Shown here piece after piece: positions 48,928 through 57,948 of a stretch of DNA of 64,000 nucleotides. This DNA comes from Promicromonospora sp. GTDB lineage: Bacteria; Actinomycetota; Actinomycetes; Actinomycetales; Cellulomonadaceae. The stretch is from contig DATGOB010000251.1 of NCBI GenBank assembly GCA_036010205.1, positions 844 to 64,843 on the forward strand. Direction: 5' to 3'. Each line of letters begins with the position of its first letter. The stretch's first letter is position 1. The position numbers and the translations under genes are program-made. The notes beneath the pieces were generated by a model. That model worked only from the letters and a program-made list of their open reading frames with translations. It searched no databases and was not told the DNA's origin.

Positions 48928-49500
48928 TCACGCCCGCGTGTACTCCGCGAGCAGCACGCCCGAGCCGAACGCCTGGACGTCCGCGCGCTTCCACTGCTGC
49001 GGCGCGTAGCCGCGCCCGCCGAACAGCGGGACGCCGGCGCCGAGCACCACGGGGTTGATCTTGAGGGCCAGGCGGTCGATCTCGTCGGCGAGCGCCGCGG
49101 CCAGCGACCCGCCCCCGCACAGCCAGATGCCCTTCCCGTCCTCCTGCTTGAGCGCGCGCACCGTCTCGACCGGGTCGGCGTCGGTGAAGGTCACGGCCTC
49201 GCTGCCTGTCGGCGCCTCGTGCGAGCGCGTGAACACGACCTGCCGCAGGTGCTCGTACGGGCTCGGCAGGTCCGGCAGGCCGACGGCGTAGGTGTTCCAG
49301 CCCATGAGGACCGTGTCGAACGGGCTGTCGTCCAGTGGGAGGCCCACGGCCTCGGCGAGCCGTGTCGGGGCGGTGCCGCCGTAGCGCGCCCAGATCGGTG
49401 CCATGTGGTCGCCCTCCGCCAGGAAGGCGTCGAACTGGCCGTCCGGCCCGGCGATGTAGCCGTCCAGGCTGACGGCGACGTAATAGGTGAGCTCGCGCAT
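48928..49500 (-). CDS. Dihydrofolate reductase-like (RibD C-terminal) protein
   Basis: YVAVSLDGYIAGPDG, VLMGWNTY, IWLCGGGSLA, PVVLGAGVPLF. Confidence 0.9.
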   Translation of the reverse strand: MRELTYYVAVSLDGYIAGPDGQFDAFLAEGDHMAPIWARYGGTAPTRLAEAVGLPLDDSPFDTVLMGWNTYAVGLPDLPSPYEHLRQVVFTRSHEAPTGSEAVTFTDADPVETVRALKQEDGKGIWLCGGGSLAAALADEIDRLALKINPVVLGAGVPLFGGRGYAPQQWKRADVQAFGSGVLLAEYTRA

Positions 49501-49512
49501 CGATTCTCCGAT

Positions 49513-49552
49513 CACTACAGATGCAGTGGTTGGAAACTACAACAGATGTAGT
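49513..49552. promoter_or_regulatory. Putative TetR operators
   Basis: CACTACA-GA-TGCAGTG (49513) and ACTACA-ACAGA-TGTAGT (49536) in the divergent spacer. Confidence 0.55.
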
Positions 49553-49574
49553 GCTTCGCGCTACCCTCTGTCCC

Positions 49575-50144
49575 ATGGTCACCAACTCCGCCCGCCGAGC
49601 CGCCCTCGCCGACGCCGGCATCGCCGTGCTCGCCCGGGAGGGCGCCCGCGGGCTGACCCACCGCGCGATCGACACCGAGGCCGGGGTGCCGACCGGGACG
49701 ACGTCGAACTACTTCCGCAGCCGGGACACCCTCGTCGCCGGGCTGTTCGAGCGGATCGGGCAGCGGCTCGCGCCGTCGGCGGAGGACCTCGCGAGCCGCG
49801 CCGGGCGGACGCCGGGCCGCGCGCTGTTCGCGGAGTACCTGCGCGACATCGTGCGGCGGCTGACCGCCGAGCCGGACGTGACGCGCGCCCTCTTCGAGCT
49901 GCGCCTGGACTCCGCGCGGCGGCCCGAGCTCGCCGCGGTGCTCGCGCCCTGGCTGCGCGCCGGGTTCGACGCCGATGTCGCGTTCAACCAGCAGGCGGGT
50001 CTGCCGGGCGGGCGGCGGGAGATCGCCCTGTTCCACTACGCGATCGACGGCCTGCTGCTGGACCGGCTCACCACGCCGATCGACCCGGACCTGCCGGTCG
50101 ACGACGTCATCGACGCGCTCGTGGCGGGGCTGCTGCCGGAGTGA
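49575..50144 (+). CDS. TetR family regulator
   Basis: GLTHRAIDTEAGVPTGTTSNYFRSR HTH. Confidence 0.9.
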   Translation: MVTNSARRAALADAGIAVLAREGARGLTHRAIDTEAGVPTGTTSNYFRSRDTLVAGLFERIGQRLAPSAEDLASRAGRTPGRALFAEYLRDIVRRLTAEPDVTRALFELRLDSARRPELAAVLAPWLRAGFDADVAFNQQAGLPGGRREIALFHYAIDGLLLDRLTTPIDPDLPVDDVIDALVAGLLPE

Positions 50145-50147
50145 GGT

Positions 50148-50744
50148 TCAGCCGTAGATCAGGTAGGTCCCCGCCTTGCCCGGCTCGACGAGGGCGAACC
50201 GCCTGGTCAGCCCGCTGTTCTCGAGCAGCCCGACCTGCTGGGTGAACTGCTCGTTGGTCACGAACACGGTGCGCTCGACGCCCCAGTCGTCGGCGAACCA
50301 CGTGCGGAGCGTGTCCAGCAGGCGCCGGTCGAGCCCGTCGGCCGTGCGTGACGTCCGGACCCAGAAGTACACGACGGCCTGCACGTCTCCCCACGCCTCG
50401 TCGGCGAGCGGCGTCACCGCCGAGCGTGCGAGGAACGCCGCGGTGGTCGGGAAGACGTAGACGCAGCCGAGGCTGCGCGGGTCGGCGGGGTCGGGACTCG
50501 CCGGGTCGAGCACCGTGTAGGTGAAGGCGTGCCCGGCGACGTGCCGCTCCTCGAGCCCGGCGAGGTCGGCGCGGTTGGCCTCGACCGTGAAGTCGTCCTC
50601 CGGCCAGGCCGACTGCTCCCAGAGGCGCAGGTCGGCGCGCGCCTCCATGACGGCGTCGTGGTCGCGTGCCGCGTCGTCGGCCGTGATCGGGCGCAGCGCG
50701 AGCTCGTCGGTGCGCGGCATGCGCGCCGGTTCGTGCAGGATCAT
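50148..50744 (-). CDS. GNAT-fold (RimJ/L-like) protein
   Basis: LRPITADDAARDHDAV, FTYTVLDP, LGCVYVFP, VYFWVR. Confidence 0.7.
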   Translation of the reverse strand: MILHEPARMPRTDELALRPITADDAARDHDAVMEARADLRLWEQSAWPEDDFTVEANRADLAGLEERHVAGHAFTYTVLDPASPDPADPRSLGCVYVFPTTAAFLARSAVTPLADEAWGDVQAVVYFWVRTSRTADGLDRRLLDTLRTWFADDWGVERTVFVTNEQFTQQVGLLENSGLTRRFALVEPGKAGTYLIYG

Positions 50745-50877
50745 CGGGGGCTCCCTCTCGTCCCTCGCACCCTAGGCGGGGCCGGGTCCGGACCTCGACG
50801 GGTTTTCGCGGGTACCGATGAGTTCCGGTCGCCCGCCCGGTCGGCACGGGCAGACACCAACCCTGGAGGAACCCCTG

Positions 50878-51535
50878 ATGCCTCGTCCCACCCCGGCCCG
50901 CGTACGAGACGCGATCGTGGAGCACACCCGTCGGTTCGCGGAGGCGGCGTCGGCCGCCGGACCGCAGGCTCCCGTGCCGACCGCCCCGGCCTGGACCGTC
51001 GCCGACCTCGTCACGCACGTCGGCGGCACGCAGCACTGGACCGCCGAGATCATGGAGCGACGCGTCGCCGACTTCGCCGACCTGCCCACGGAGAGCCCGG
51101 AGGCCCCCGCGGACCCCGGTGCGTGGCCCGGCTGGCTCGACGAGTCCGCGCGGCGCGTGACCACGGCCTTCGCCGACGACGCGCTCGATGCCCCCGTGCT
51201 CAACGCCGCGGGCGACGACCGCCAGGGCAGCCTGTTCTGGCTGGTCAACGTCCTCAACGAAGCGGTGGCGCGCCGGCGCGCTCCGGGGCACGGGGCAGGC
51301 GCTGCAGTGGCGGGCCGACGACACCGGCGACGCGTGGCACGTCGAGCGACGCCCGGAGGGCGCGGTGTGGCGGGCCGGGACCGGCCCGGCGGACGTGACG
51401 GTGACCGGACCGGCCGGCCCGCTCCTGCTCGCCCTCACCCGGCGCCTGCCGCTCGAGGACGCCGGCCTCCGGGTGGACGGCGACGCCGCGCTGGTGCGGC
51501 ACTGGCTCGACCACACGGCGCACGTCGCGGACTAG
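50878..51535 (+). pseudogene. Mycothiol-dependent maleylpyruvate isomerase (MDMPI/DinB-like) family, frameshifted/internally deleted
   Basis: Frame 1 gives VPTAPAWTVADLVTHVG...FWLVNVLNEAV; the C-terminal domain (ALRGTGQALQW...DVTVTG...LLLALTRR) continues in another frame from about 51270. Confidence 0.7.
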
Positions 51536-52734
51536 CGCGGGCCCACGCCCCGGTCGCTCCACGCCGTGCCGAACGCCGCCCACACCATCGGGGAGAACGC
51601 GGCCTCGCCCGTGCGCTCCCAGGCGTCGGCCTGCTCGCGCTGCCACGCGTTGAGCGCCGCGACCGGGTCGGCGGCCTCGTGCGCCGCGTCGACGGCGACG
51701 ACCGCCCGGGCGAAGGCGTCGATGCCCGCGACGCCCGCGACCACCTCCAGCCCGGTGTCCGTCGGCAGCGTCCAGCGGGTCGCGGTGACGTGCTCCGCGC
51801 CGCGCGCGGTGAAGGCGGCCACCAGGCCGGTCGGGTCGGCGTAGGCGGTGTCGGCGCCGGACGCGCAGCCGACGAGCGCGACACGGGCGGGCGCCGTCCA
51901 CCCGTCGAGCGCGATGTCAGAGGCCAGCAGCGGGCGGTGCACGCCGTCCACGAGCGGGGCACGGCCTGCGGCCTCCGGCCCGTCGGTGAGGTGCAGGCCG
52001 GTGCCCAGGGCGTACGCGCCCGCGGTCACGTGCCCGACGTACAGGAAGCGGGCGGCGCCGGTGAGGTGCTCGCGAAGCTGCGCGCGGCTCGTGCGGGGGT
52101 GGACGGGGGCCTCGGCCGGTGCGCCCCGCAGCCGGTCGCCGTGCCGCGCGAGCACGGCCTCGACCAGGGGCTCCGCGCGGCGCAGCACCGGTTCGAGGCC
52201 GGCGACGCCGCCGGGCACGACGGGGTCGACGGTCGCGACGACGGGTCCGCCGGGCCGCGCGGGCGACGCGACCCGGGCGGGCGACCGGCGGATCGACGCA
52301 GGCAGCAGCACCGACACGTCGCAGCGGTGCACCAGGCGCTCGGCGTCCTCGATGCGCAGGGCCTCCCACGGCACGGCGGCCAGAGCGGGCGAGGCCTGGA
52401 CACGGACGTGCGGGCGCAGGCCCTGCGCGAACCGTTCCTCGAGCTCGGCTCCCAGCCGCGGCGGGACGAGCGCCGCGGTGAGCGCGCCGCTGAGCGCCGT
52501 CTCCTGCCCGACGTCGCCGAGCACCGCCCAGGAGCGCACCAGCGCGTCGCGCACGGACTCGCCGTCCAGGGGGCGCGGAGCCGCCCGGCGCCACGCGTCG
52601 AGCGCCGGCAGGGGCGGCGGGACGCCCCACAGCCGGGGCTCGTCGAGCGCGTCCTGCCAGCGCCACGTCACCCACAGGCCGCCCTCGGCGGTGTCGACGT
52701 ACTTGACCTGCACCGTCGGGTCCTGGCCGGTCAC
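51532..52734 (-). CDS. CHAT-domain (caspase-like) cysteine protease, stand-alone
   Basis: LAAVPWEAL, FLYVGH (His235, codon 52030-52032), VALVGCASG (Cys290, codon 51865-51867), VTATRWTL, WAAF; the GTG start overlaps the TPR stop (GTGA). Confidence 0.88.
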   Translation of the reverse strand: MTGQDPTVQVKYVDTAEGGLWVTWRWQDALDEPRLWGVPPPLPALDAWRRAAPRPLDGESVRDALVRSWAVLGDVGQETALSGALTAALVPPRLGAELEERFAQGLRPHVRVQASPALAAVPWEALRIEDAERLVHRCDVSVLLPASIRRSPARVASPARPGGPVVATVDPVVPGGVAGLEPVLRRAEPLVEAVLARHGDRLRGAPAEAPVHPRTSRAQLREHLTGAARFLYVGHVTAGAYALGTGLHLTDGPEAAGRAPLVDGVHRPLLASDIALDGWTAPARVALVGCASGADTAYADPTGLVAAFTARGAEHVTATRWTLPTDTGLEVVAGVAGIDAFARAVVAVDAAHEAADPVAALNAWQREQADAWERTGEAAFSPMVWAAFGTAWSDRGVGPR

Positions 52735-54179
52735 CACGCGTCGACCACCTCCCGGCCTCGGACGGCGACGCCGTACCGCTCCTGCGCGGCGTCCAGGGCC
52801 CACGCGACGGCGCTGCGCCCGTCCGGGCGCGTCCGGACGCGCGGCGGGACGGCGAGCAGGTCGGCACCGGTGTGCGGCTCGGCGACCGCCGGGTCGAGGG
52901 TGGCGCTCGCGGCGACGTGCTCCAGGAGGTCGAGCACCTCGTCCTCGCGGCCGGCGACCGTGAGCGTCCGCAGCGCGACGTCGAGGATCCGGGCCGCCTC
53001 GGCCGCCCACGCCTCGCGCAGCTCGCCGGGCCGCAGGCCGTAGCGGACGGCGTCGGCGGCGAGGGCGCAGGGCACCGCGATATCGACCGCGCGGTCATGT
53101 TCGGGGGTGCCCGCGGTGCCCGTGCGGAGCGCCGCGTTGTGCGCCGCGACCGCGCGGCGCACGTCGACGCGTACCCGCTCGGGCAGCGTCGTGGCGAGCC
53201 CCCTGGCGCGGTCGTGCGCGGCCAGCGCCTCCTCGCCACGGCCCGCCTCGTCGAGCGCGAGGCCGAGCACCGCCCACGCCTCGGCCTCGCTCGCGGGGTC
53301 GCCCACGGCGCGGCACCGCTCGACGGCCTCGCGGGCGGCCCCGACCGCGCCGTCGAGGTCGCCGCGCAGGCGCAGCACCTCGCCGCGGACGGCCACGACG
53401 GCTGCCGCGCCGCGCCGGTCGCCGACCGACAGGTACGCGTGCTCGGCGTCGTCGAGGTGGCGCTCCGCGGCGTCCGCGTCGCCCTGCGCGAGCGCGAGGG
53501 AGGCGGCATGGCGCGCGCGCTCGGCGCGCCGGGAGGCGTCGAGCGGCTGCGTGGCGGCGATCGCCTCGGCGGCGTGGGCGGGGGCGGCGGCGTCGGCCCC
53601 GGCGAGCCGCCGCAGCAGGGCGAGCCGGTCGAGGCAGAGCGGCACCAGGCGCGGCTCGTGCCCGGACGCCAGGGCGAGGGCGGCGCGGACGTCGTCCTCG
53701 GCGCCGTCCAGGTCGCCCGACTGCTGCCGCACGGTCGCGCGCCCGAGGTGCACGTGCACGCGTGCCTCCCACCACATCGGGTGGCCGAGCGGGTCGTCGA
53801 GCCGCAGCGCGGTGTCGTAGTCGGTGGTGGCGGCGGCCGCGTCGCCGGTCAGGAGGTGCTGGTCGGCACGGGCGGTGAGCAGCACCACGGTCTCGAAGGC
53901 GACGCGCGGGTCGCGGACCCGGGCCGCCCGCCGCGCCGCCTTCAGCCCCTCGGCGATGTGCTCGCGTGCGGCGGCGTGGTCGCCGCGGTCGGCCGCGGCC
54001 TGGGACAGGACGTGCCGCACCCGGGCCCGCAGGTACAGCGCGTCGGGATGGGTGCCCAGCCACCACCGGCCCACGACGGCCAGCAGCTGCTCGGCGTACG
54101 GTTCGGCGGCGGTGTGCCCGCCCCGGTCGTACGCCTGGGCCATCTGCGCGCCGAGGGCGTTGACGTCGGGGAGCGTCAC
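52731..54179 (-). CDS. TPR-repeat protein (482 aa)
   Basis: Ala-rich helical repeats, e.g. EAWAVLGLALDEAGRGEEALAAHDRA and HVHLGRATVRQQSGDLDGAEDDVRAAL; GTG 54179 overlaps the upstream stop. Confidence 0.8.
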   Translation of the reverse strand: MTLPDVNALGAQMAQAYDRGGHTAAEPYAEQLLAVVGRWWLGTHPDALYLRARVRHVLSQAAADRGDHAAAREHIAEGLKAARRAARVRDPRVAFETVVLLTARADQHLLTGDAAAATTDYDTALRLDDPLGHPMWWEARVHVHLGRATVRQQSGDLDGAEDDVRAALALASGHEPRLVPLCLDRLALLRRLAGADAAAPAHAAEAIAATQPLDASRRAERARHAASLALAQGDADAAERHLDDAEHAYLSVGDRRGAAAVVAVRGEVLRLRGDLDGAVGAAREAVERCRAVGDPASEAEAWAVLGLALDEAGRGEEALAAHDRARGLATTLPERVRVDVRRAVAAHNAALRTGTAGTPEHDRAVDIAVPCALAADAVRYGLRPGELREAWAAEAARILDVALRTLTVAGREDEVLDLLEHVAASATLDPAVAEPHTGADLLAVPPRVRTRPDGRSAVAWALDAAQERYGVAVRGREVVDAW

Positions 54180-55024
54180 GGGCCCACCGCCCGCGCGATC
54201 TCGACGAGGCGGTGCGGGTCGACGTCGGGCACCGGCGTCAGGCCCGGCACCTCGAGCCGGAACCGGGGTCGCGCGGCCAGGAGGGCCGGTGGCGCGGGAA
54301 CCGTGCCGGACCACGCGTCCCCGGCCCGGCGGAGCGGGACGACCGTCTCGCCCGCGACGGCCCGCAGCGTGACGCGCGGCGGCGCGCCGACCACGGGAGC
54401 CGTCGGCACCGTGACGGCGAGCGTCAGGTCGGCGCCGCCGGCCAGGTCCACCCGCCACGCGACCTGCCCGAGGGGGTCGACCACCCCCTGCGGCACCGCA
54501 CCCGGGTCGACCGGGTCGACGCCATCGAGCACCGGGGCACCGCGCGGCCCGGCCGCGCCCGCCGCGAGGGCGTACTCCTCCGGCCGGGGGCCGGGGGAGC
54601 CCAGCGGGTCGGACGCCGCGAGGTCGACGCCGTGGTCGGCGGCGAGCTCGCGGACCTGCTCGTCGAGCGGGCCGCCGACCGGACCGGGCCCGAGGGCCGC
54701 GAGCTCGCGCAGCGCGCGGACCACCGCCTCGTCGTCGTCGGTGACCCCGTCGAGGGCGGCCAGCGCAAGAGCCCGCCGCGCGGTGAGGACCCGCGGGTCG
54801 AGCGGCGGCACGTCGGCGACCCGCGACGCGGGCCACCAGGCCGCGCGCCACGCGTCGAGCGCAGCCCGGCGGGCGGGGACGAGCACGTCCTCGCCCGCGA
54901 CGTCCAGCCACCCCGCCGCACGTGCCTCGTCCCACACGTCCGCGCCCTGCTCGCCGGTGCCGAGGTCCCACCACAGGAGCGCGCCCGCGCCCTCGAGGAC
55001 GGCGGTGCGCCAGGCCGGCGTCAA
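54176..55024 (-). CDS. Hypothetical protein (282 aa) in the TPR-CHAT operon
   Basis: TTG 55024 overlaps the upstream TGA (TTGA); LDAWRAAWWPAS...PPLDPRVL and EEYALAAG motifs; no family recognised. Confidence 0.7.
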   Translation of the reverse strand: MTPAWRTAVLEGAGALLWWDLGTGEQGADVWDEARAAGWLDVAGEDVLVPARRAALDAWRAAWWPASRVADVPPLDPRVLTARRALALAALDGVTDDDEAVVRALRELAALGPGPVGGPLDEQVRELAADHGVDLAASDPLGSPGPRPEEYALAAGAAGPRGAPVLDGVDPVDPGAVPQGVVDPLGQVAWRVDLAGGADLTLAVTVPTAPVVGAPPRVTLRAVAGETVVPLRRAGDAWSGTVPAPPALLAARPRFRLEVPGLTPVPDVDPHRLVEIARAVGP

Positions 55025-56241
55025 GCCGCACCACCCTGGGCCAGCATCGCCTTGACCTGGTCGCGCCGGTCGAGCACCACGGACCGCATCGCGCCGTCGA
55101 GCAGGTCCCACACCGCCTCGGCGGGCAGGTCGCGGCCGCGCAGCTCGCGCCCGTGCACGCGGGCCCAGAGCCGGCGCAGGAACGCCTCGCGCACGCCGTC
55201 GGCCGGGCCGGTGCCGTCGGGCAGGCGCAGCGCCTTGCGGACGAAGGCCTCGCGCTCCCAGCGGGCGGCGAGCCGGCGGGCGGCGTCGGTGGTGCCGTCG
55301 AGCCGGGCCGCGGCCGCACCGGCCACCATGACCGCCCGGTCAGGTTCGGCGGCGAGCTGCCAGGGCCGCGCGCTGCGCGCCGCCTCGGCCGTCACCACGT
55401 CGCGCAGTGCGCCCGCCCCGTCGAGCCCCAGGGCGGTCACCGTGCCGAAGAGCCGCTCCAGGATCGACCGGTCGAACGGTGGCGGCAGCGCGGACTTCGA
55501 CGCCCGCGTGCCGACCTCGGGCGGTCGCACCGTCTCGTGCGCGCTCAGCCCCGCGGCCCGGGCGCGGCCGGGGGAGCGCAGCGCAGTCCCCGCCGCGGTC
55601 CCGTCCCCCGCCGCGACGACGTGGTCGAGCGCGTCCCGGCCGTCGGTCGCGCAGGTGTCCAGCAGCCGTGTCAGCCGGTCCGTCGTGCCCTCCTCGTCGG
55701 GCGGCCCCGGCGCGACGGCCCCGCGGTCGGCGTCCGTCCACGCCGCGTCGACCGCCCGGCGCACCTCGTCCGCGACGTCGGGGAGCGTGAGGTAGGCGCG
55801 CAGGTCGGCGGCCGTGACGCGGCCGGCGTCGTGCACGTCCTCGACCTCCTTGCCCGCGAGCGCCGCGGCGTCGGGCCCGGGTGCGCCGTGGCGGTGGGCG
55901 AGCTCGTAGGCGCGCTGGAAGTACAGGTCCTGCGGGTGCCCGTCGGTGATGCGCCGGGCGCGGCGCTCGCGCTTGAGGTGCACGAACCAGGCGGCGGTGG
56001 CCACGAGGTCGTCCCGGGCGGCGAGGATGCGGGCGCGCAGCTCCCGTGCGGCGTCGTCGTCGAGCAGGGCGCGCCCCAGGTGCGGGTGCTGCGCGGGGCG
56101 GACCACGAGCGGGTCGAGGACGAGCTTCACGGTGCGGGCGAGCGGCAGGCCCGCCGCGTTGCTCAGGGGCGCGACGCCGTCGCCGAGCTCGCGCCAGACC
56201 TGGGCGAGGACGCGCGTGCGCGCCGTGGTCTGCGCGGTCAC
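55021..56241 (-). CDS. Hypothetical helical protein (406 aa), first gene of the TPR-CHAT operon
   Basis: Clean ORF with GC-biased codon use; motifs KLVLDPLVVRP, DLYFQRAYELA, PPPFDRSILERLF, RWEREAF, LRRLWARVHGRE. Confidence 0.75.
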   Translation of the reverse strand: MTAQTTARTRVLAQVWRELGDGVAPLSNAAGLPLARTVKLVLDPLVVRPAQHPHLGRALLDDDAARELRARILAARDDLVATAAWFVHLKRERRARRITDGHPQDLYFQRAYELAHRHGAPGPDAAALAGKEVEDVHDAGRVTAADLRAYLTLPDVADEVRRAVDAAWTDADRGAVAPGPPDEEGTTDRLTRLLDTCATDGRDALDHVVAAGDGTAAGTALRSPGRARAAGLSAHETVRPPEVGTRASKSALPPPFDRSILERLFGTVTALGLDGAGALRDVVTAEAARSARPWQLAAEPDRAVMVAGAAAARLDGTTDAARRLAARWEREAFVRKALRLPDGTGPADGVREAFLRRLWARVHGRELRGRDLPAEAVWDLLDGAMRSVVLDRRDQVKAMLAQGGAA

Positions 56242-56322
56242 ACCGCAACCCTACCGGCGGGCGGGCGGCCTGCCTCGGGGACCTGTGACCGGGAGGGGGC
56301 GGCCGGCGCTACCGTGCGGCGC

Positions 56323-56925
56323 ATGAGGACGGACATCCCCCCGAGCCGCGCCGCGCTGGCGATCGCGCGGATGCGCGACTTCGGCGCACACCAGGCGGCC
56401 TACCCGGTCAACCGGTCGCTCGACCGGTCGCTCGGTCTCGTCGGCGTGGTGCTCGTCGTGGCACCGGTGCCGTTCGCGTGGGTGGCGTACACGGAGTCGC
56501 CCTGGGGCGACGGGGTGGGCAGCGTCGGCGGGATGATCGCGTCGGGGCTGGCCGCGCTGGTGTTCGGCGCCCTCGCGGTCGTCATCGGCATCCCGGCCCT
56601 GCTGGCGGTGTTCAGCCACCCGCACGCGACGGTGCACCTCTTCGAGCGCGGTGCGATCGCGATCCGGCACCGCGGGGGGAGCTGGTCCTGGACGTACGAG
56701 AACGCGACGGTCCGGTACGTGCTGTGGCACGAGCCCTGGGAGGGTGAGTCCCGGCCGCGCAGGCAGCTCTGGGTCACCTTCCGCGACGGCGAGACGATCT
56801 GCTTCGACGGCCTCGGCGACGCCGACCGCGCGGTGCTGCCCCACCTGTCGGTGGCGCTGGGCGGCAGCCGCGAGCCGGAGGACGTCGGGACCCTGCGCGG
56901 CAGCGACGTGCCGGCACCGTTCTGA
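56323..56925 (+). CDS. Hypothetical membrane protein (2 TM + soluble domain)
   Basis: ATG 56323; two hydrophobic helices followed by a beta-rich PH-like tail. Confidence 0.65.
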   Translation: MRTDIPPSRAALAIARMRDFGAHQAAYPVNRSLDRSLGLVGVVLVVAPVPFAWVAYTESPWGDGVGSVGGMIASGLAALVFGALAVVIGIPALLAVFSHPHATVHLFERGAIAIRHRGGSWSWTYENATVRYVLWHEPWEGESRPRRQLWVTFRDGETICFDGLGDADRAVLPHLSVALGGSREPEDVGTLRGSDVPAPF

Positions 56926-56934
56926 GGAGGACAC

Positions 56935-57945
56935 ATGACGGATCTGCCACGCGTCCTCCGTCCGGAGGACCTCGGCCTGCCTCGCGAGCCCGCGGTCAAC
57001 GCGCGCGGCGTGCTGGGCACGCTCGGCACCGTGGCCGCGCTGGTCCTCGTCGGCGTCCTGGTCGGCTCGGTCCTCACCCTCCGTGACGTGGAGCCGGGGT
57101 ACGCGGTCGCGGTCGGCGAGCGGGCCGGGCGCGAGGTGGTCGTGGTCCCGTCCGAGCACGGCGCCGGTGCGTCCTTCGTGGCCGCCTACGACACCGCGAC
57201 GGGCGAACGCCTGTGGCGGCACCGCACGGCCCGTGCACCCTGGCCGCTGGCCGCCGGCACGGAGCACGTGCTCCTCCGGGACGACGACCAGCTCGTCGTG
57301 CTCGACGTGGCCGACGGCTCGGTCGTGGCCGAGGGCGACGGCATCCCCGGGCTCGACCTGCCCCACGGCGAGCTCAACTTCCGGGAGGACGGCGACGCCG
57401 CCGACGCGACCGAGGGCGTCGTCTACGTGTCGGTGCACGACGGGTTCCCCGAGCAGCGCCCCGACCTGGTGCGCGCCGTGCCCGTGGACGGCCCGCCGGT
57501 CGCGGCGCCCCTGACGGGCCGGCAGGCCGAGCGCTGGTCCTGCTACGTCACGTCCGCCGGCGCCCAGCGGCCGGACGGCGCCCAGGTCGTCGACGGCGTC
57601 GTCCGCGAGGGGGCGGAGGGCGTCGTCGTGCCCGACGTGTGCGACCGTGACCCGATGCGCGCCGTGAGCGACGAGCTCGCGCCGGGCTCGGGCGTCGTCG
57701 CGACCATGACGCCAGGGCGGGACGCGTACGGGCGGTCCGAGCTCGTGCTCACCGCAGCGGACGGGGCCGCGCTGCACCGCGTCGACGACGTGTCCGACGT
57801 CGCCGCGGCCCGCACCACGCCGTCGGGCGGCGCCGTCCTGCTGCTGCGGACGCAGCGGTCCGTGCTGTTCGGCCTCACCACCCGGTACGACGCCGTGCTC
57901 CTGCTGGTCTCGCCGGGCGGCGAGGTGAGGGAGGTCGGGCTGTGA
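56935..57945 (+). CDS. Membrane-anchored PQQ-like beta-propeller protein (PA2928-like)
   Basis: AGGAGG RBS; N-terminal TM; AAYDTATGERLW and VVLDVADGSVV propeller blades. Confidence 0.6.
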   Translation: MTDLPRVLRPEDLGLPREPAVNARGVLGTLGTVAALVLVGVLVGSVLTLRDVEPGYAVAVGERAGREVVVVPSEHGAGASFVAAYDTATGERLWRHRTARAPWPLAAGTEHVLLRDDDQLVVLDVADGSVVAEGDGIPGLDLPHGELNFREDGDAADATEGVVYVSVHDGFPEQRPDLVRAVPVDGPPVAAPLTGRQAERWSCYVTSAGAQRPDGAQVVDGVVREGAEGVVVPDVCDRDPMRAVSDELAPGSGVVATMTPGRDAYGRSELVLTAADGAALHRVDDVSDVAAARTTPSGGAVLLLRTQRSVLFGLTTRYDAVLLLVSPGGEVREVGL

Positions 57946-57948
57946 GGC

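Noticed and set aside
52731-52734. TPR/CHAT boundary as a simple frameshift error
   Set aside because: Provisionally rejected: the clean GTGA overlap matches the other two junctions of the operon, and the TPR ends in a coherent tail; read-level confirmation is still needed.
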